The position numbers and the translations under genes were made by a program. Below are positions 1-10,175 of a stretch of 64,000 nucleotides of DNA, in pieces (within the stretch, counting starts at the first letter, position 1; every line of letters starts with the position of its first letter). The notes under the pieces were generated by a model. It was not told the DNA's origin. It saw only the letters and a list, made by a program, of their open reading frames with translations, and searched no databases. The stretch comes from Spirochaetia bacterium (GTDB taxonomy: Bacteria > Spirochaetota > Spirochaetia > UBA9216), in NCBI GenBank assembly GCA_965140585.1, contig OZ223269.1:128001-192000 (forward strand). Reading direction: 5' to 3'.

Positions 1-223
1 CAAGAACGTACCTGATGTCAAACCCGGATAAATCTTCGATGGATTTTTTCAGCGTATCAGCATCCCTAAGATCTGTGACTGTGACTGAAGCTCCGTGTGA
101 GGCAAAAAATCGTGCCGAAGAACTTCCGCCGCCGTGCAGTCCAAGCCCCATGACGGTTACTTTGAGATCTTTAAGATTTTTACCGTTGATGCTGTAGTTA
201 AATTCCCGGTTTTCCGACTTCAA
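1..223 (-). CDS. murD: UDP-N-acetylmuramoyl-L-alanine--D-glutamate ligase, N-terminal part (runs off the window)
   Basis: Manual translation from TTG 223 (AGGAG upstream) gives MKSENREFNYSINGKNLKDLKVTVMGLGLHGGGSSSARFFASHGASVTVTDLR, a typical spirochaete MurD N-terminus. Not in the ORF track. Confidence 0.85.
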   Translation of the reverse strand, partial: MKSENREFNYSINGKNLKDLKVTVMGLGLHGGGSSSARFFASHGASVTVTDLRDADTLKKSIEDLSGFDIRYVL

Positions 224-1154
224 AAAGGTACTCCTTCATATCCGATTCATTCAGATACGGACTGATTGTATGCGAAGTCCAAATCTTTGTCCATTCTTCG
301 GGTACCTTGCTTCTGATTGATTTATAGATGTCCGAGTTCTTTTCAAAATTATTAATTTTAAAATACTGTTCAATCTGAAGGCTGTCTGGTTCGATCAGGT
401 CCGAGAATCGGATGAAAAGCGGAAGAAGCTTCTTACGGCCTTCAGGAGACAGTTCAGGCGGGGACAGGCAGACAGTATTAAAGTCGCAGCGGATAGGATA
501 GTATGGATAAATTCTTTTGCCCTCAGGCATAAGCACGGAACTAAGCAGCTTTGTTACCTCGTGGTCAATCCATTGTCCGCTTTTATCATAGCCTTTTTTT
601 GATTCACCGGCCCATGTGGAGCGGAACATCCGTTTGATATTTATCATATTGAAGCCGGGCTCTGTTTCGGGTTTTTCTACAGGTATAATGAGGCTTTCGA
701 AAAATAGCTTCCGGGTTGAGTATGCCTCTGTTTTATCGTTGGTTCCCGGAACTGTTATTTTAGCATCAGAATAATGGATATTAAGATCCGGTCTAAAAAG
801 ATAAAGATAATATTTCTGCTCTAATTCGATAAGCTGTATAAAGCAGGGTCTCAGGATCTCCGCCGGATCGAAATAGTATGAAGTTCCCTTAAAAACCTGT
901 GGAAAGATTCCCGACAGATTGTTCACCAGACTCCTGAGGGCTTCTATATATTCTTTACCCGGATCAGGTTCTCCCGGATCATGATGAATTTTAAATGCCG
1001 GAACAGTAAATTCTTCTTCTGTTTTGAGAAAAGCTTCTTCATTCTGATTGAAATGCTTTGTGTAAACGCCTTTCTGCCCATTGAGGCTAATGAGTATTTC
1101 GGTAATACCGGGATCGGTAATATTAAAGCTTAAGCTGCTTACTAACTTTTCCAT
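198..1154 (-). CDS. hypothetical protein, 318 aa
   Basis: Long ORF overlapping the murD start, with TTGAAA-17-TATAGT upstream. No recognisable motif. Confidence 0.75.
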   Translation of the reverse strand: MEKLVSSLSFNITDPGITEILISLNGQKGVYTKHFNQNEEAFLKTEEEFTVPAFKIHHDPGEPDPGKEYIEALRSLVNNLSGIFPQVFKGTSYYFDPAEILRPCFIQLIELEQKYYLYLFRPDLNIHYSDAKITVPGTNDKTEAYSTRKLFFESLIIPVEKPETEPGFNMINIKRMFRSTWAGESKKGYDKSGQWIDHEVTKLLSSVLMPEGKRIYPYYPIRCDFNTVCLSPPELSPEGRKKLLPLFIRFSDLIEPDSLQIEQYFKINNFEKNSDIYKSIRSKVPEEWTKIWTSHTISPYLNESDMKEYLFEVGKPGI

Positions 1155-1333
1155 TTGTCATTAAAAACTATACAACCTTAACCCTGTGTTTTCAAGGAAA
1201 AAGCCCTATACTGAGGCTGACCTGCATATAATATTTGGATTAGATTAAACCCTGCTTAATAAGGACTTGAAAACTTTATCGAGTTCTGGCATAATCAGGT
1301 ACTAATTTGTAAATCATTATTAAGGAGCTTACA

Positions 1334-1423
1334 GTGCCCTGCGGACGTAAAAGAAAAAGGCATAAGATAGCCACACATAAAAGAAAGAAAAAGCTGAGAA
1401 AGAACAGACACAAGAAAAAATAA
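1334..1423 (+). CDS. small ribosomal protein bS22 (AURKAIP1/COX24 family), 29 aa
   Basis: GTG start after AAGGAG gives MPCGRKRKRHKIATHKRKKKLRKNRHKKK*, the bS22 pattern of spirochaetes and Bacteroidota. Promoter TTGAAA-17-CATAAT at 1268-1296. Too short for the ORF track. Confidence 0.9.
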   Translation: MPCGRKRKRHKIATHKRKKKLRKNRHKKK

Positions 1424-1516
1424 TTAGGATGATGTTCAATTCTTTTTATGTACTTGGTTGACATCTAAAGTTTTGGATATTATTATTCTGGCATAATCAT
1501 TATTGGAGGGACTTAA

Positions 1517-1687
1517 ATGGCCTACAAGATTACTGAAGAATGCACAAATTGCGGCGCCTGCGAAGCAGAATGCCCGATGGAAGCAATCAGCGAAAAAGAT
1601 GGTTTAAGATGGATTGATCCGGAAACATGTACCAGCTGTGGCGCATGTGCCGATGTTTGTCCTGTTGACGCTATTCTTGCTGACTAA
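1517..1687 (+). CDS. fdx: 2x[4Fe-4S] clostridial-type ferredoxin, 56 aa
   Basis: [20 protein letters not shown]...[19 protein letters not shown] has two CxxCxxCxxxCP motifs. GGAGG RBS and TTGACA-17-TATTAT promoter. Not in the ORF track. Confidence 0.95.
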   Translation: MAYKITEECTNCGACEAECPMEAISEKDGLRWIDPETCTSCGACADVCPVDAILAD

Positions 1688-1721
1688 TTTTTATCATGCC
1701 GTTTTTACGGCTTTTTAAACA

Positions 1722-1750
1722 GAAGGACTGTTAGATACAGTCCTTTTTTT
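1722..1750 (+). terminator. intrinsic terminator
   Basis: AAGGACTG/CAGTCCTT hairpin followed by a T run, between convergent genes. Confidence 0.8.
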
Positions 1751-1756
1751 ATATTC

Positions 1757-2650
1757 CTATCTTCCTGCAGCCTTCCTGCCTGAAAATATTCTTTCAAAAA
1801 TCAGTGAACATCCCCCTGTCAGAATAAGGTAAATCACTGTGATTACTATCCATATTTCAAAGGTTGCATATGTGGATGCCATTACCTGAAGCCCCTGAAA
1901 TGTAAGTTCAGGTATGGAAATGACTGATACTATTGCTGAATCTTTAATCGTTGAAATAAACTGTCCTGAGAGAGGAGGCAGCATTTGAGTTACGGCCTGG
2001 GGCAGTATGATGTGTCTGAGCCTGGACAGAGGAGACATTCCCAGAGCTTTTGCAGCCTCAATCTGTCCCTTGGGAACCGATTCAATACCGGCTCTGATAA
2101 TCTCGGTGATGTAGGCTCCTTCATAGATGGCAAGACTGAGCGCTGCAGAGAAGAATTCGTTTAAAAGCGAAGGTTTTATAAAAATTATCGTTATTAGTTT
2201 TATCACCCCGGGATCTGCTGCTTTTAGTACTTTCTCAATACCAAGATTGTCAAGAATCTGACTGCTGAAGAAAAAATAGAATATGAATACAAGCACAATA
2301 GGGGGGATGTTGCGGACGAAGCCTACATAGATATGTCTGATTATTCTTCCGAAAAGATTTTTTCCTGAGCCGGCTATCCCGAATACGGTTCCTATTAGAA
2401 GGCCGGAGATGATTCCCCATATACTGAGTTTAACAGTTAGAATAAGGCCCTGGAGAATTACAGCCGGAATAAGCCTTCCCGTTTCCGGATTGATTTTTAG
2501 AATATATTTTGGAATGATATCCCATGCCCATTCGTATCTGAGATTAAGCCTGATCCTTAAAAATATAAAAACAAGGCCTGAAATAATCAGGCCCGTCAGA
2601 ATAAAATCAAGCGGTTTTATTTTGTACTTTTTAACCGGATGATGTCTCAA
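1757..2650 (-). CDS. polar amino acid ABC transporter permease
   Basis: RNIP motif, EIIRAGIESVPKGQIEAAKALGM EAA loop, IKDSA. Confidence 0.9.
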   Translation of the reverse strand: MRHHPVKKYKIKPLDFILTGLIISGLVFIFLRIRLNLRYEWAWDIIPKYILKINPETGRLIPAVILQGLILTVKLSIWGIISGLLIGTVFGIAGSGKNLFGRIIRHIYVGFVRNIPPIVLVFIFYFFFSSQILDNLGIEKVLKAADPGVIKLITIIFIKPSLLNEFFSAALSLAIYEGAYITEIIRAGIESVPKGQIEAAKALGMSPLSRLRHIILPQAVTQMLPPLSGQFISTIKDSAIVSVISIPELTFQGLQVMASTYATFEIWIVITVIYLILTGGCSLIFERIFSGRKAAGR

Positions 2651-2655
2651 TAGAT

Positions 2656-3516
2656 TTATTCCGCTGAAACATCAACCTGGTCGGCCCATTCGTCCGACAT
2701 GAACCAGTATCTGTAGCGTTCATCAAGAAAACCATCCGCCCATTTAAGTGCAATCCAGTTATTCAGGAAGTTCATGAAATCATGCTCTCCCTTGCGAACG
2801 GCAAAGGCTATGGGTTCGTTTCTGAAGATTTCAGGGTCAATAGGGATATACAGTTTATCCGGATACTTCTCTGCCTGAAGCTGAGGAAAAGGAAAGGCTG
2901 ATACCCAGGCGTCAACTCTGCCGTTAATTAGCTCCTGAATGCCCTGGGGTTCATCATCAAACATCCTTAACTGAGCTTTAGGCATGAACTGTTTTGCAGC
3001 TGTGGCTCCGGTGCTTCCTGTTCTGACAGCTATGACAATATCACCGTTATTGAAATCATCGAGCGAAGTTAGTCCACCGGCGGTTTCAAGGTTAGCCACA
3101 ATGGATTGTCCGCTGTATTCGTATGCATCGGTAAAGTTTACTGATATATTTCTTTCCGGTGTAACCGACATGCCGCCAATTATTATGTCAAATTTACCTG
3201 TGAGCAGAGCGGGGATTATTCCCGACCACTTTGTCTGTATGAACTCAATCTCTACACCAATATCTTCAGCCAGTTTATTGGCTACATCCACCTCAAAACC
3301 TACAAGCTCACCGCTTTTGTTCAGCATTGCCCAGGGCACAAAGGTTGAAAGTCCCACTTTAAGAGTTCCGTCCCTGAGGATTTGTTCAAGCTGGTCGGTT
3401 TGTTCTGCTGAAGCTGTGCCTGGGCCGTCCCCTGAATTCTTTGAGCAGCCTGAAAAAATAATCACTACAGCGAAAAGAAGCAGTAACGGAAGTGTTTTAA
3501 ATTTCTGAATTTTCAT
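2656..3516 (-). CDS. polar amino acid ABC transporter substrate-binding lipoprotein (SBP_bac_3)
   Basis: Lipobox FSGC, GFEVDVA, GMSVTPER. Confidence 0.9.
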   Translation of the reverse strand: MKIQKFKTLPLLLLFAVVIIFSGCSKNSGDGPGTASAEQTDQLEQILRDGTLKVGLSTFVPWAMLNKSGELVGFEVDVANKLAEDIGVEIEFIQTKWSGIIPALLTGKFDIIIGGMSVTPERNISVNFTDAYEYSGQSIVANLETAGGLTSLDDFNNGDIVIAVRTGSTGATAAKQFMPKAQLRMFDDEPQGIQELINGRVDAWVSAFPFPQLQAEKYPDKLYIPIDPEIFRNEPIAFAVRKGEHDFMNFLNNWIALKWADGFLDERYRYWFMSDEWADQVDVSAE

Positions 3517-4325
3517 TTAAATCCTCCAATTTGTTTTTCGAACTTTTTCAATAAGAGCGTAAGCCCTGTATTCAATATAAGATATCCGGCGGCTACAGTA
3601 AACCAAATCTCAAAAGTGAGGAATGTTTCTGCTATTATCACCTGTCCCTGCATTGTAAGTTCGTATATTGCTATCGTTGAAACCAGTGCCGAATCTTTAA
3701 TAAGCGAAATGAGCTGCCCGGCAATTACAGGCATGATTTTAGGAATAGTCTGGGGCAGAATTATATATCGATAGACCGATGTCTTTGTCATTGCCAGGCT
3801 GTACCCGGCTTCCCACTGCCCTTTTTCAACAGCCAGTATTCCGGAGCGGATGATTTCGGATGTGTAGGCGCCTTCAAACAGGCTGAGTGTCAAAACTGCA
3901 GTGAAGATACGATCCATTCCGAGAACCGGGGCTACAACAAAATACATCATAAAAAGCTGAATCAGAAGCGGAGTGTTCCTGACAGCCTCGATGTAGATTC
4001 TTGAACTTATTCGAGCTGTAAAGGAATCGGAAAGCCGGAAAAGTGCTGAAATAAAACCGAATATCACAGCAAGAACAAGCGATGATGCAGATATCAATAT
4101 GGTGATGGCCAGTCCCTGCAGCAGAGGCCCGGCATGTATACCTGAACTGTCAGTTTTAATTAGGTAATCATCGATCCTGTACCACTGCCATCTGTAATTA
4201 AGATTATTTATTCCCGGCAGCAGGATGAAAATGAGCAGTGCGCTTAAAATAATAAAGACTGACGCTGAATAGAGATCGGGATGTTCTGACTTGAATTTCT
4301 GTACAAGGCTTAGAATTCTTCTCAA
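3513..4325 (-). CDS. polar amino acid ABC transporter permease
   Basis: RNTPLLIQ, SEIIRSGI..V.KGQWEA, LIKDSAL. Confidence 0.9.
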   Translation of the reverse strand: MRRILSLVQKFKSEHPDLYSASVFIILSALLIFILLPGINNLNYRWQWYRIDDYLIKTDSSGIHAGPLLQGLAITILISASSLVLAVIFGFISALFRLSDSFTARISSRIYIEAVRNTPLLIQLFMMYFVVAPVLGMDRIFTAVLTLSLFEGAYTSEIIRSGILAVEKGQWEAGYSLAMTKTSVYRYIILPQTIPKIMPVIAGQLISLIKDSALVSTIAIYELTMQGQVIIAETFLTFEIWFTVAAGYLILNTGLTLLLKKFEKQIGGFK

Positions 4326-5179
4326 ATTTTCAGTTCTCCGGGCTTAAGACTGTCAAGCGGACCCCGGTAAGGATGCTCTTTACCCGTCCCGCCGGGCACA
4401 AAACCCTGTCCCCTGTACATGATAGCATGATCGGGACAGAAATTGTAGCATCGAAGGCAGAGAATGCATCTGCCGCTGAATTCAGGAAATTTATCATGGC
4501 CGTCCATTGAAATGTTATCTGCGGGGCACAGCCGGACGCACTTGCCACATTTTCTGCAGCTTACGGTATCTATGCTTAAATCATCTCTAAGGCCTTCATA
4601 CATCTTTCTGAAGGGCTTTCTCTGCATATTCCCCATCATCCTCCAGAACTTTCCCTTCCCTTGAATAAAGGCTGTCCCTGAAGAAATCAGTCCGGATATA
4701 ATGCGGATGCGTTTTCCGGTTTTTCTCAGCCTGTTTGAGATCTTTTCAGGGATGTTTGTATATGGAAGAGGAATCCCTGTTACTGAAATATTGTTCGGCA
4801 TTCGCAGATGAAAAGCCCATTTGAAATTGTAGCCCTTCCCGGTGATCCGCTCATTTTCAAGCCATGCTCCATCTCCGGAAAATATAAGCTGTGTACAGAA
4901 TATACCGAAGGCTTGTTTGTTCCCATCTGTCGCAACCCCTGCTTTCGGGAGTTGCTCAATAAAGTCTTTAATGATTTGCGGTCTGTCTGAGCCGTAGACC
5001 GGGTATCCGAGCAGGATAATATCACTTACTGATAGAGCGGTATCTATCAGTTCTGCCTTGTTCTCAACAGAAAGAATCAGGCATTTATGTCCTTTTAATT
5101 CCAGCTCTTTACCTATCTGTTTTGCCGCCCACCATGTGTTTCCTGTACCTGAGAAGTAAATAATCGTTATTTCAGCCAA
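4322..5179 (-). CDS. EFR1-family flavodoxin-ferredoxin fusion
   Basis: N-terminal YFSGTGNT and GYPVY; C-terminal CRKCGKCVRLCP and CILCLRCYNFCP. Confidence 0.85.
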   Translation of the reverse strand: MAEITIIYFSGTGNTWWAAKQIGKELELKGHKCLILSVENKAELIDTALSVSDIILLGYPVYGSDRPQIIKDFIEQLPKAGVATDGNKQAFGIFCTQLIFSGDGAWLENERITGKGYNFKWAFHLRMPNNISVTGIPLPYTNIPEKISNRLRKTGKRIRIISGLISSGTAFIQGKGKFWRMMGNMQRKPFRKMYEGLRDDLSIDTVSCRKCGKCVRLCPADNISMDGHDKFPEFSGRCILCLRCYNFCPDHAIMYRGQGFVPGGTGKEHPYRGPLDSLKPGELKI

Positions 5180-5274
5180 AAGAACTCCTTCTAATCAAAA
5201 ATGAACATATGTCTAAGTTTACCATGAGAGCCAGATCTATTATAATTACTGTTGAAGAATAATTGGGAGATTTT

Positions 5275-6711
5275 ATGAAAAAACAGACAAAGATAGTGGC
5301 TACTGTTTCAGACAGACACTGTGATGTGGATTTTATCAAAGAGCTTGTAGATCGTGGAGTTGATGTATTCAGGCTTAATACCGCACACCAGAGCCCTGAA
5401 GACTCAATGAAAGTAATTAAGAATATCCGTGCCGTTTCGGAGTTTGCGGGAATTCTAATCGATACAAAAGGCCCCGAAGTAAGGACTGCCGGAATAGGGG
5501 ATGACGGAATTAATGTTGAAACAGGTGATACCGTTTTGTTTGCTCCTGAAAACTGGGTTTCCACGTCCGGAAATGCGTATCCTGTTATTTCAGTATCCTA
5601 CAGCCATGTATCCGAGGATATTCCGGCAGGAGCAACAATACTAATCGATGACGGAGATATTCTATTTACGGTGAAAGCTGTCGGCGACGGATTCATTACT
5701 GCAGTGGCAGGCAACAGAGGCACAGTAAAAAACCGCAAGAGTGTTAATATTCCAGGTGTACATCTTAATCTGCCGTCGCTTACAGATAAGGATCGGGCAT
5801 TTGTGCGTTTTGCAGCAGAAAACGGGATTGATTTCATTGCTCACTCTTTTGTAAGAAACGCGGGTGATATTGATGAAATAGCTAAAATCCTTCGGGAGAC
5901 TGATTCCAATGTTAAAATCATTGCAAAAATCGAAAACCGGGAAGGTGTCGATAATGCTGTTGAAATTATTGAAGCATGTCACGGGCTGATGGTAGCCAGG
6001 GGCGATTTAGGTATTGAAATTCCAGCTGAGGAAGTACCCCCGATTCAGAAGCGGCTGATAAAGATCTGCGTAAAAAGAGCCAAGCCTGTTATTACAGCGA
6101 CACAGATGCTTCAGTCCATGATTGAAAATCCGCGTCCGACCAGAGCGGAAGTCAGCGATATAGCCAATGCTGTTCTTGACGGAACATCAGCACTTATGCT
6201 CAGCGGTGAGACTGCTTACGGTAAGTACCCGCTTGAGAGTGTAGCTACAATGGCAAGGGTTGCAAAAGCTGCCGAAGAATACCGCAAGGACATCTGGAAG
6301 CATGATCTTGTGGGACAAGGCGGTGAAGTTCGGAAATTCCTGGCCAAAAGTGCAATTCAGGCTTCAGATAGACTTCCGATCAAGGCCATAATAGTTCACA
6401 CCTATTCAGGGCTCACTGCACGTCTTCTATCCTCCTTTCGGGGTAAGATTCCAATCTTTGTCAGATGCCATGAAATGCGTGTTGCAAGGGAACTTTCTCT
6501 TTCATACGGACTGTATCCCAAGCTGATGGAACTTCCTGCAAATACCGATCAGCTTATATCAAAAGCGGTTCGAAGCCTTGTACTGAATGACCTGGTTAAG
6601 CCTGATGATCTTGTGCTTGTACTAGCAGGTTCGCCGCCGAAAATAAGCAATGAGTCAAATCTGATTGAGATAAATACTGTTTCCAAGTTTATGATTGAAG
6701 CGGAAAAGTAA
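5275..6711 (+). CDS. pyk: pyruvate kinase
   Basis: TKIVAT, DTKGPEVR, MVARGDLG, TATQML, MLSGETA. ATG 5275 follows GGAG. Confidence 0.97.
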   Translation: MKKQTKIVATVSDRHCDVDFIKELVDRGVDVFRLNTAHQSPEDSMKVIKNIRAVSEFAGILIDTKGPEVRTAGIGDDGINVETGDTVLFAPENWVSTSGNAYPVISVSYSHVSEDIPAGATILIDDGDILFTVKAVGDGFITAVAGNRGTVKNRKSVNIPGVHLNLPSLTDKDRAFVRFAAENGIDFIAHSFVRNAGDIDEIAKILRETDSNVKIIAKIENREGVDNAVEIIEACHGLMVARGDLGIEIPAEEVPPIQKRLIKICVKRAKPVITATQMLQSMIENPRPTRAEVSDIANAVLDGTSALMLSGETAYGKYPLESVATMARVAKAAEEYRKDIWKHDLVGQGGEVRKFLAKSAIQASDRLPIKAIIVHTYSGLTARLLSSFRGKIPIFVRCHEMRVARELSLSYGLYPKLMELPANTDQLISKAVRSLVLNDLVKPDDLVLVLAGSPPKISNESNLIEINTVSKFMIEAEK

Positions 6712-6812
6712 AATATCAACTTACCATTAATATGCGGGATACCCGGAAATTATTTACAGTTTAAGTTTTTCCGGTTATCCTGAACTCAACCCTAATCTTA
6801 CAGGATACAAAT

Positions 6813-8672
6813 TTGTCCCGGACCAGGATTATCGATTCTATCAGACATAATTTTACGTTGAGACTCCTGTTTATTATTTTCTGTATTATCCTTATAGGCT
6901 TTGCCGCAATCGAGATTTCACTGAAGATGATAATTACACGCGATCTGCTTGATGAGAAAGAAAGACTGCTGTTCGGTCTGACCCATCAGCTTGATCATGC
7001 CCTTGAAGGTACATACTCGGATATACTTCAGGAGGCAGGAGCTCAGGATTCTGCGCGTGGTGAAAAAATAAAAATTCTCAATGAGCGGCTTGCTCCGATC
7101 ACCGATTTTGTAGCCTCGGGTATTGAAGGAGTAGGTGTCGGATACTACAGCAGGGAGCTTGATGCGATCATCACCTACGGACCGAGTTCCGATTTTCAGC
7201 ATACGGTAGGACAGCCGATTTTTGAGGGGCATCAGGGCTATGAAGTGATGGAACTTGGAGAACCCATAGTCCAGGAAGGAGAACTGGTAAGGGGTAAGAT
7301 TCTCAACTGTATGATTCCCATCATCAGAAGCGGGGCTGTTATCGGCTACATCTGGGCAAATGAGACCATGTCTGATATATCGATGCAGATGAACAGAATT
7401 CTTAATCAGGTCTTTCTGCTCATAATTCTTATTTTTTTTATTATCTATCTTGCCGTAGTTGCCATTACCAGAGGCTTTATAGGTCAGATTGATATAATCC
7501 GTGACGGTATCCAGCAGGTTATTACGCAGCCGATGTACCGGCTTCCTGAGATTCACGGTGAACTTAATATAATCGTTCAGAAAGTAAATGAGCTTTCCAA
7601 CAGTGTTGCATACTTCAAATCATATAACCGCTATGTTCTGGACAGTGTTGTGAACGGTGTTCTGGCTCTTACCGAATCCGGCACCATCGCTCTGGTTAAT
7701 CCTTCATTCAGGATGCTTTTTGATGTCGGTAGTAATGAAATTGTCGGCGAAGATATGAATAAAATTTTCATGGATCCTCTTCTGTCTCTTTTAAGAGAGG
7801 GGCTGAACTCCGGTTCAGGTTTGTCCAACAGGATTCTGGCTGATAAAGAACGCATTATGGAGGTTTCCAGCAATGCGATAAGAAGTGATCTCGCCGAGCG
7901 CCTTGGAGTAGTTTTTGTTTTCAGGGATGTTACGATAGTCAGGCAGTATGAACGTCAACTGAAAGAGAATGAAAGAATGGCGGCTCTGGGAGAGATGGGG
8001 CTTAATGTCGCCCATGAGATTAAAAATCCGCTCACGGCTGTTAAAGGATTTATCCAGCTGATTCAGAAGCGCGAGCTTCCTGAAGAGCGGCGCGAGTACT
8101 TCTTTTCACTGATAAACGAGGAACTGCAGAGGGTAAACGGTCTTCTGAATGAAATGCTCATTTACGGCGGGCGTTTTAGACTTCAGCCTGAAACTGTCAG
8201 CATTACCGGACTTCTTCAGGAGCTGCTGATAATTTACCGGAGTGTTTATCAGGATATAGATTTCACCTCGGATACCGGCCCTTCCTCTGAATGTTTTATC
8301 CGCATTGATAAGAATAAAATCACGCAGCTGCTGGATAACCTGGTGAAAAACAGTGTTGATGCCATAAGAGGAAACGGCAGTGAAAAGACAGAGAACCCCG
8401 GCCTGATTGAAATTGCTCTAGTCAGCGGTGATGAGGATGTCTGTATAAGAATAAGGGACAATGGTCCGGGTATTGCAGCTGATAAGCTTGCAAAAATATT
8501 CACTCCTTTTTTTACAACAAAACCTGAGGGATCCGGTTTCGGGCTTTCTCTCTGTGCCGAGATAATGGAAAAACATCGCGGTAGCATAACCGCAGACTCT
8601 GTTCCCGGTGAATATACTGAATTTACGGTTACATTCAACCGGAAAATACTGGAGACAATAGATGAAACATAA
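6813..8672 (+). CDS. atoS: AtoS-like sensor histidine kinase (periplasmic sensor, PAS, HisKA, HATPase)
   Basis: Sensor segment LNERLAPIT...GVGYYSRELDAIITYGPS resembles E. coli AtoS. AHEIKNPL H-box, DNGPGI, GSGFGL. Adjacent to ato genes. Confidence 0.85.
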   Translation: MSRTRIIDSIRHNFTLRLLFIIFCIILIGFAAIEISLKMIITRDLLDEKERLLFGLTHQLDHALEGTYSDILQEAGAQDSARGEKIKILNERLAPITDFVASGIEGVGVGYYSRELDAIITYGPSSDFQHTVGQPIFEGHQGYEVMELGEPIVQEGELVRGKILNCMIPIIRSGAVIGYIWANETMSDISMQMNRILNQVFLLIILIFFIIYLAVVAITRGFIGQIDIIRDGIQQVITQPMYRLPEIHGELNIIVQKVNELSNSVAYFKSYNRYVLDSVVNGVLALTESGTIALVNPSFRMLFDVGSNEIVGEDMNKIFMDPLLSLLREGLNSGSGLSNRILADKERIMEVSSNAIRSDLAERLGVVFVFRDVTIVRQYERQLKENERMAALGEMGLNVAHEIKNPLTAVKGFIQLIQKRELPEERREYFFSLINEELQRVNGLLNEMLIYGGRFRLQPETVSITGLLQELLIIYRSVYQDIDFTSDTGPSSECFIRIDKNKITQLLDNLVKNSVDAIRGNGSEKTENPGLIEIALVSGDEDVCIRIRDNGPGIAADKLAKIFTPFFTTKPEGSGFGLSLCAEIMEKHRGSITADSVPGEYTEFTVTFNRKILETIDET

Positions 8673-10002
8673 GCTGCTTATCGTTGATGATGAGAAGAAT
8701 GTAAGGGTTTTTCTTTCAGAACTTTTCAGAACCGACAGATTCGAAGTTGAAACAGCAGCAAACGGAGCCGAGGCTGTTGATGCTGCCAGAGATTTTCAGC
8801 CGGATGTAATCATTCTTGATCTTAAGCTTCCAGATGCAAACGGGGCTGATCTTATTGTTCCTCTTAAAAAGCTGTCTGAAGGTGTTGAGATAATCATAAT
8901 AACAGCACTCGGCACAATCGATAATGCTGTATCAACAATTAAATCAGGCGCTTATGATTTTATAACTAAACCGTTCGATGTGGACAGCATAACCATTGCA
9001 GTGGATCGCTGCCTGGAGTTCCGGGAAGTCAACAGGGAAAATATGATTCTTAAAAGGATGCAGCAGGAGTGCAACTACTTTCAGGAATTCATAGGTGAAA
9101 GCCCTGAAATAAAGACTATAAAAGCGCGGATTTTCAAGCTTGCAGATACCGATGTACCGGTTCTGATAACCGGAGAAACCGGCACCGGCAAAAATATCCT
9201 TGCCCATCAGATCCATCATACTTTAAATGCATCGACCTCTCCGCTTGTTTATGTAAACTGTGCAACGCTTTCAGAAACTCTTTTTGAATCTGAATTATTC
9301 GGGCACGAGAAAGGAGCTTTTACCGGGGCTGTTGAAAGTAAATCAGGACGGGTGGAAGATGCTGACGGCGGCACATTGATACTGGATGAAATATCCGAGA
9401 TTCCAATTAATATTCAGGCCAAGCTTTTAAGTTTTCTGCAGGATAAGAGTTTTTACCGTGTCGGGGGCAGGCATCAGAAAAGTGTTCAGGTTAGGATCAT
9501 TGCCCTGACAAACCGGAAATTGGAAGATGAAATTGAGAAAGGAACTTTTCGAAAGGACCTTTTTTACAGACTGAATGTAATCAAATTCGACATCCCTCCG
9601 TTAAGAGAGCGGGCCGTAGATATTCCGCTTCTTGCTTCTCATTTCATGAAGATGTTTAATGCAAGATACGGCGAGCGCTCAGCCTGGCTGAATAAAGAGC
9701 AGATGCTGCAGCTTCAGCGCTGCAGCTGGCCGGGAAACACCAGAGAACTTAAGAATATTCTGGAGCAGGCATACATCTACAGTGAAAACGGTGAGATGAA
9801 GCTCGAGAATATTGAAGAAGGCAATTCTGATAAAATAAATTGCTCAGGCGACCTGAAGTTTCAGATGGATGCTTATGAGAAAAAACTGATACTGCAGGCG
9901 CTGTCTGAAAACGGCGGAAACAGGGCTATGACTGCTGAGGCGCTTGGGATAAGCATCCGGACACTGCATTACCGGCTCAATTACTATGATATTCAGGATT
10001 AG
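8662..10002 (+). CDS. atoC: sigma54-dependent response regulator (AtoC/NtrC family)
   Basis: Receiver domain, GETGTGK, GAFTGA, WPGNTREL, Fis-type HTH. Confidence 0.9.
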   Translation: MKHKLLIVDDEKNVRVFLSELFRTDRFEVETAANGAEAVDAARDFQPDVIILDLKLPDANGADLIVPLKKLSEGVEIIIITALGTIDNAVSTIKSGAYDFITKPFDVDSITIAVDRCLEFREVNRENMILKRMQQECNYFQEFIGESPEIKTIKARIFKLADTDVPVLITGETGTGKNILAHQIHHTLNASTSPLVYVNCATLSETLFESELFGHEKGAFTGAVESKSGRVEDADGGTLILDEISEIPINIQAKLLSFLQDKSFYRVGGRHQKSVQVRIIALTNRKLEDEIEKGTFRKDLFYRLNVIKFDIPPLRERAVDIPLLASHFMKMFNARYGERSAWLNKEQMLQLQRCSWPGNTRELKNILEQAYIYSENGEMKLENIEEGNSDKINCSGDLKFQMDAYEKKLILQALSENGGNRAMTAEALGISIRTLHYRLNYYDIQD

Positions 10003-10004
10003 CA

Positions 10005-10075
10005 TCTGCAGGAATTTGCAGACATGATGAAAGAGTTTGCAGATTAAGCTGCAGATTATGCAGCGCCTCCTGCAA
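10005..10075 (+). promoter_or_regulatory. probable AtoC upstream activator sites
   Basis: Six TGCA elements, including the near-palindromes TCTGCAGGAATTTGCAGA and CTGCAGATTATGCAG, about 90-150 bp upstream of the sigma54 promoter. Confidence 0.6.
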
Positions 10076-10157
10076 AGCTGGAATACGCCGTCGCTGTAAC
10101 TAACTGTCCTACAATGAAATAATAAAAATAAATAAAAAATTATCAAAAACTCTAAAT

Positions 10158-10175
10158 CTGGCATCAAAAATGCAT
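10158..10175 (+). promoter_or_regulatory. sigma54 (-24/-12) promoter of the ato operon
   Basis: CTGGCATCAAAAATGCAT fits GG-N10-GC, with an A-rich tract upstream. Confidence 0.85.

Noticed and set aside
15-197. 60-aa plus-strand ORF
   Set aside because: Antisense to murD.
1276-1464. 62-aa minus-strand hydrophobic ORF
   Set aside because: It is the antisense shadow of the Lys/Arg-rich bS22 gene.
10003-10080. CRISPR-like or mobile repeat
   Set aside because: Only short, irregular TGCA units; position fits enhancer-binding sites.
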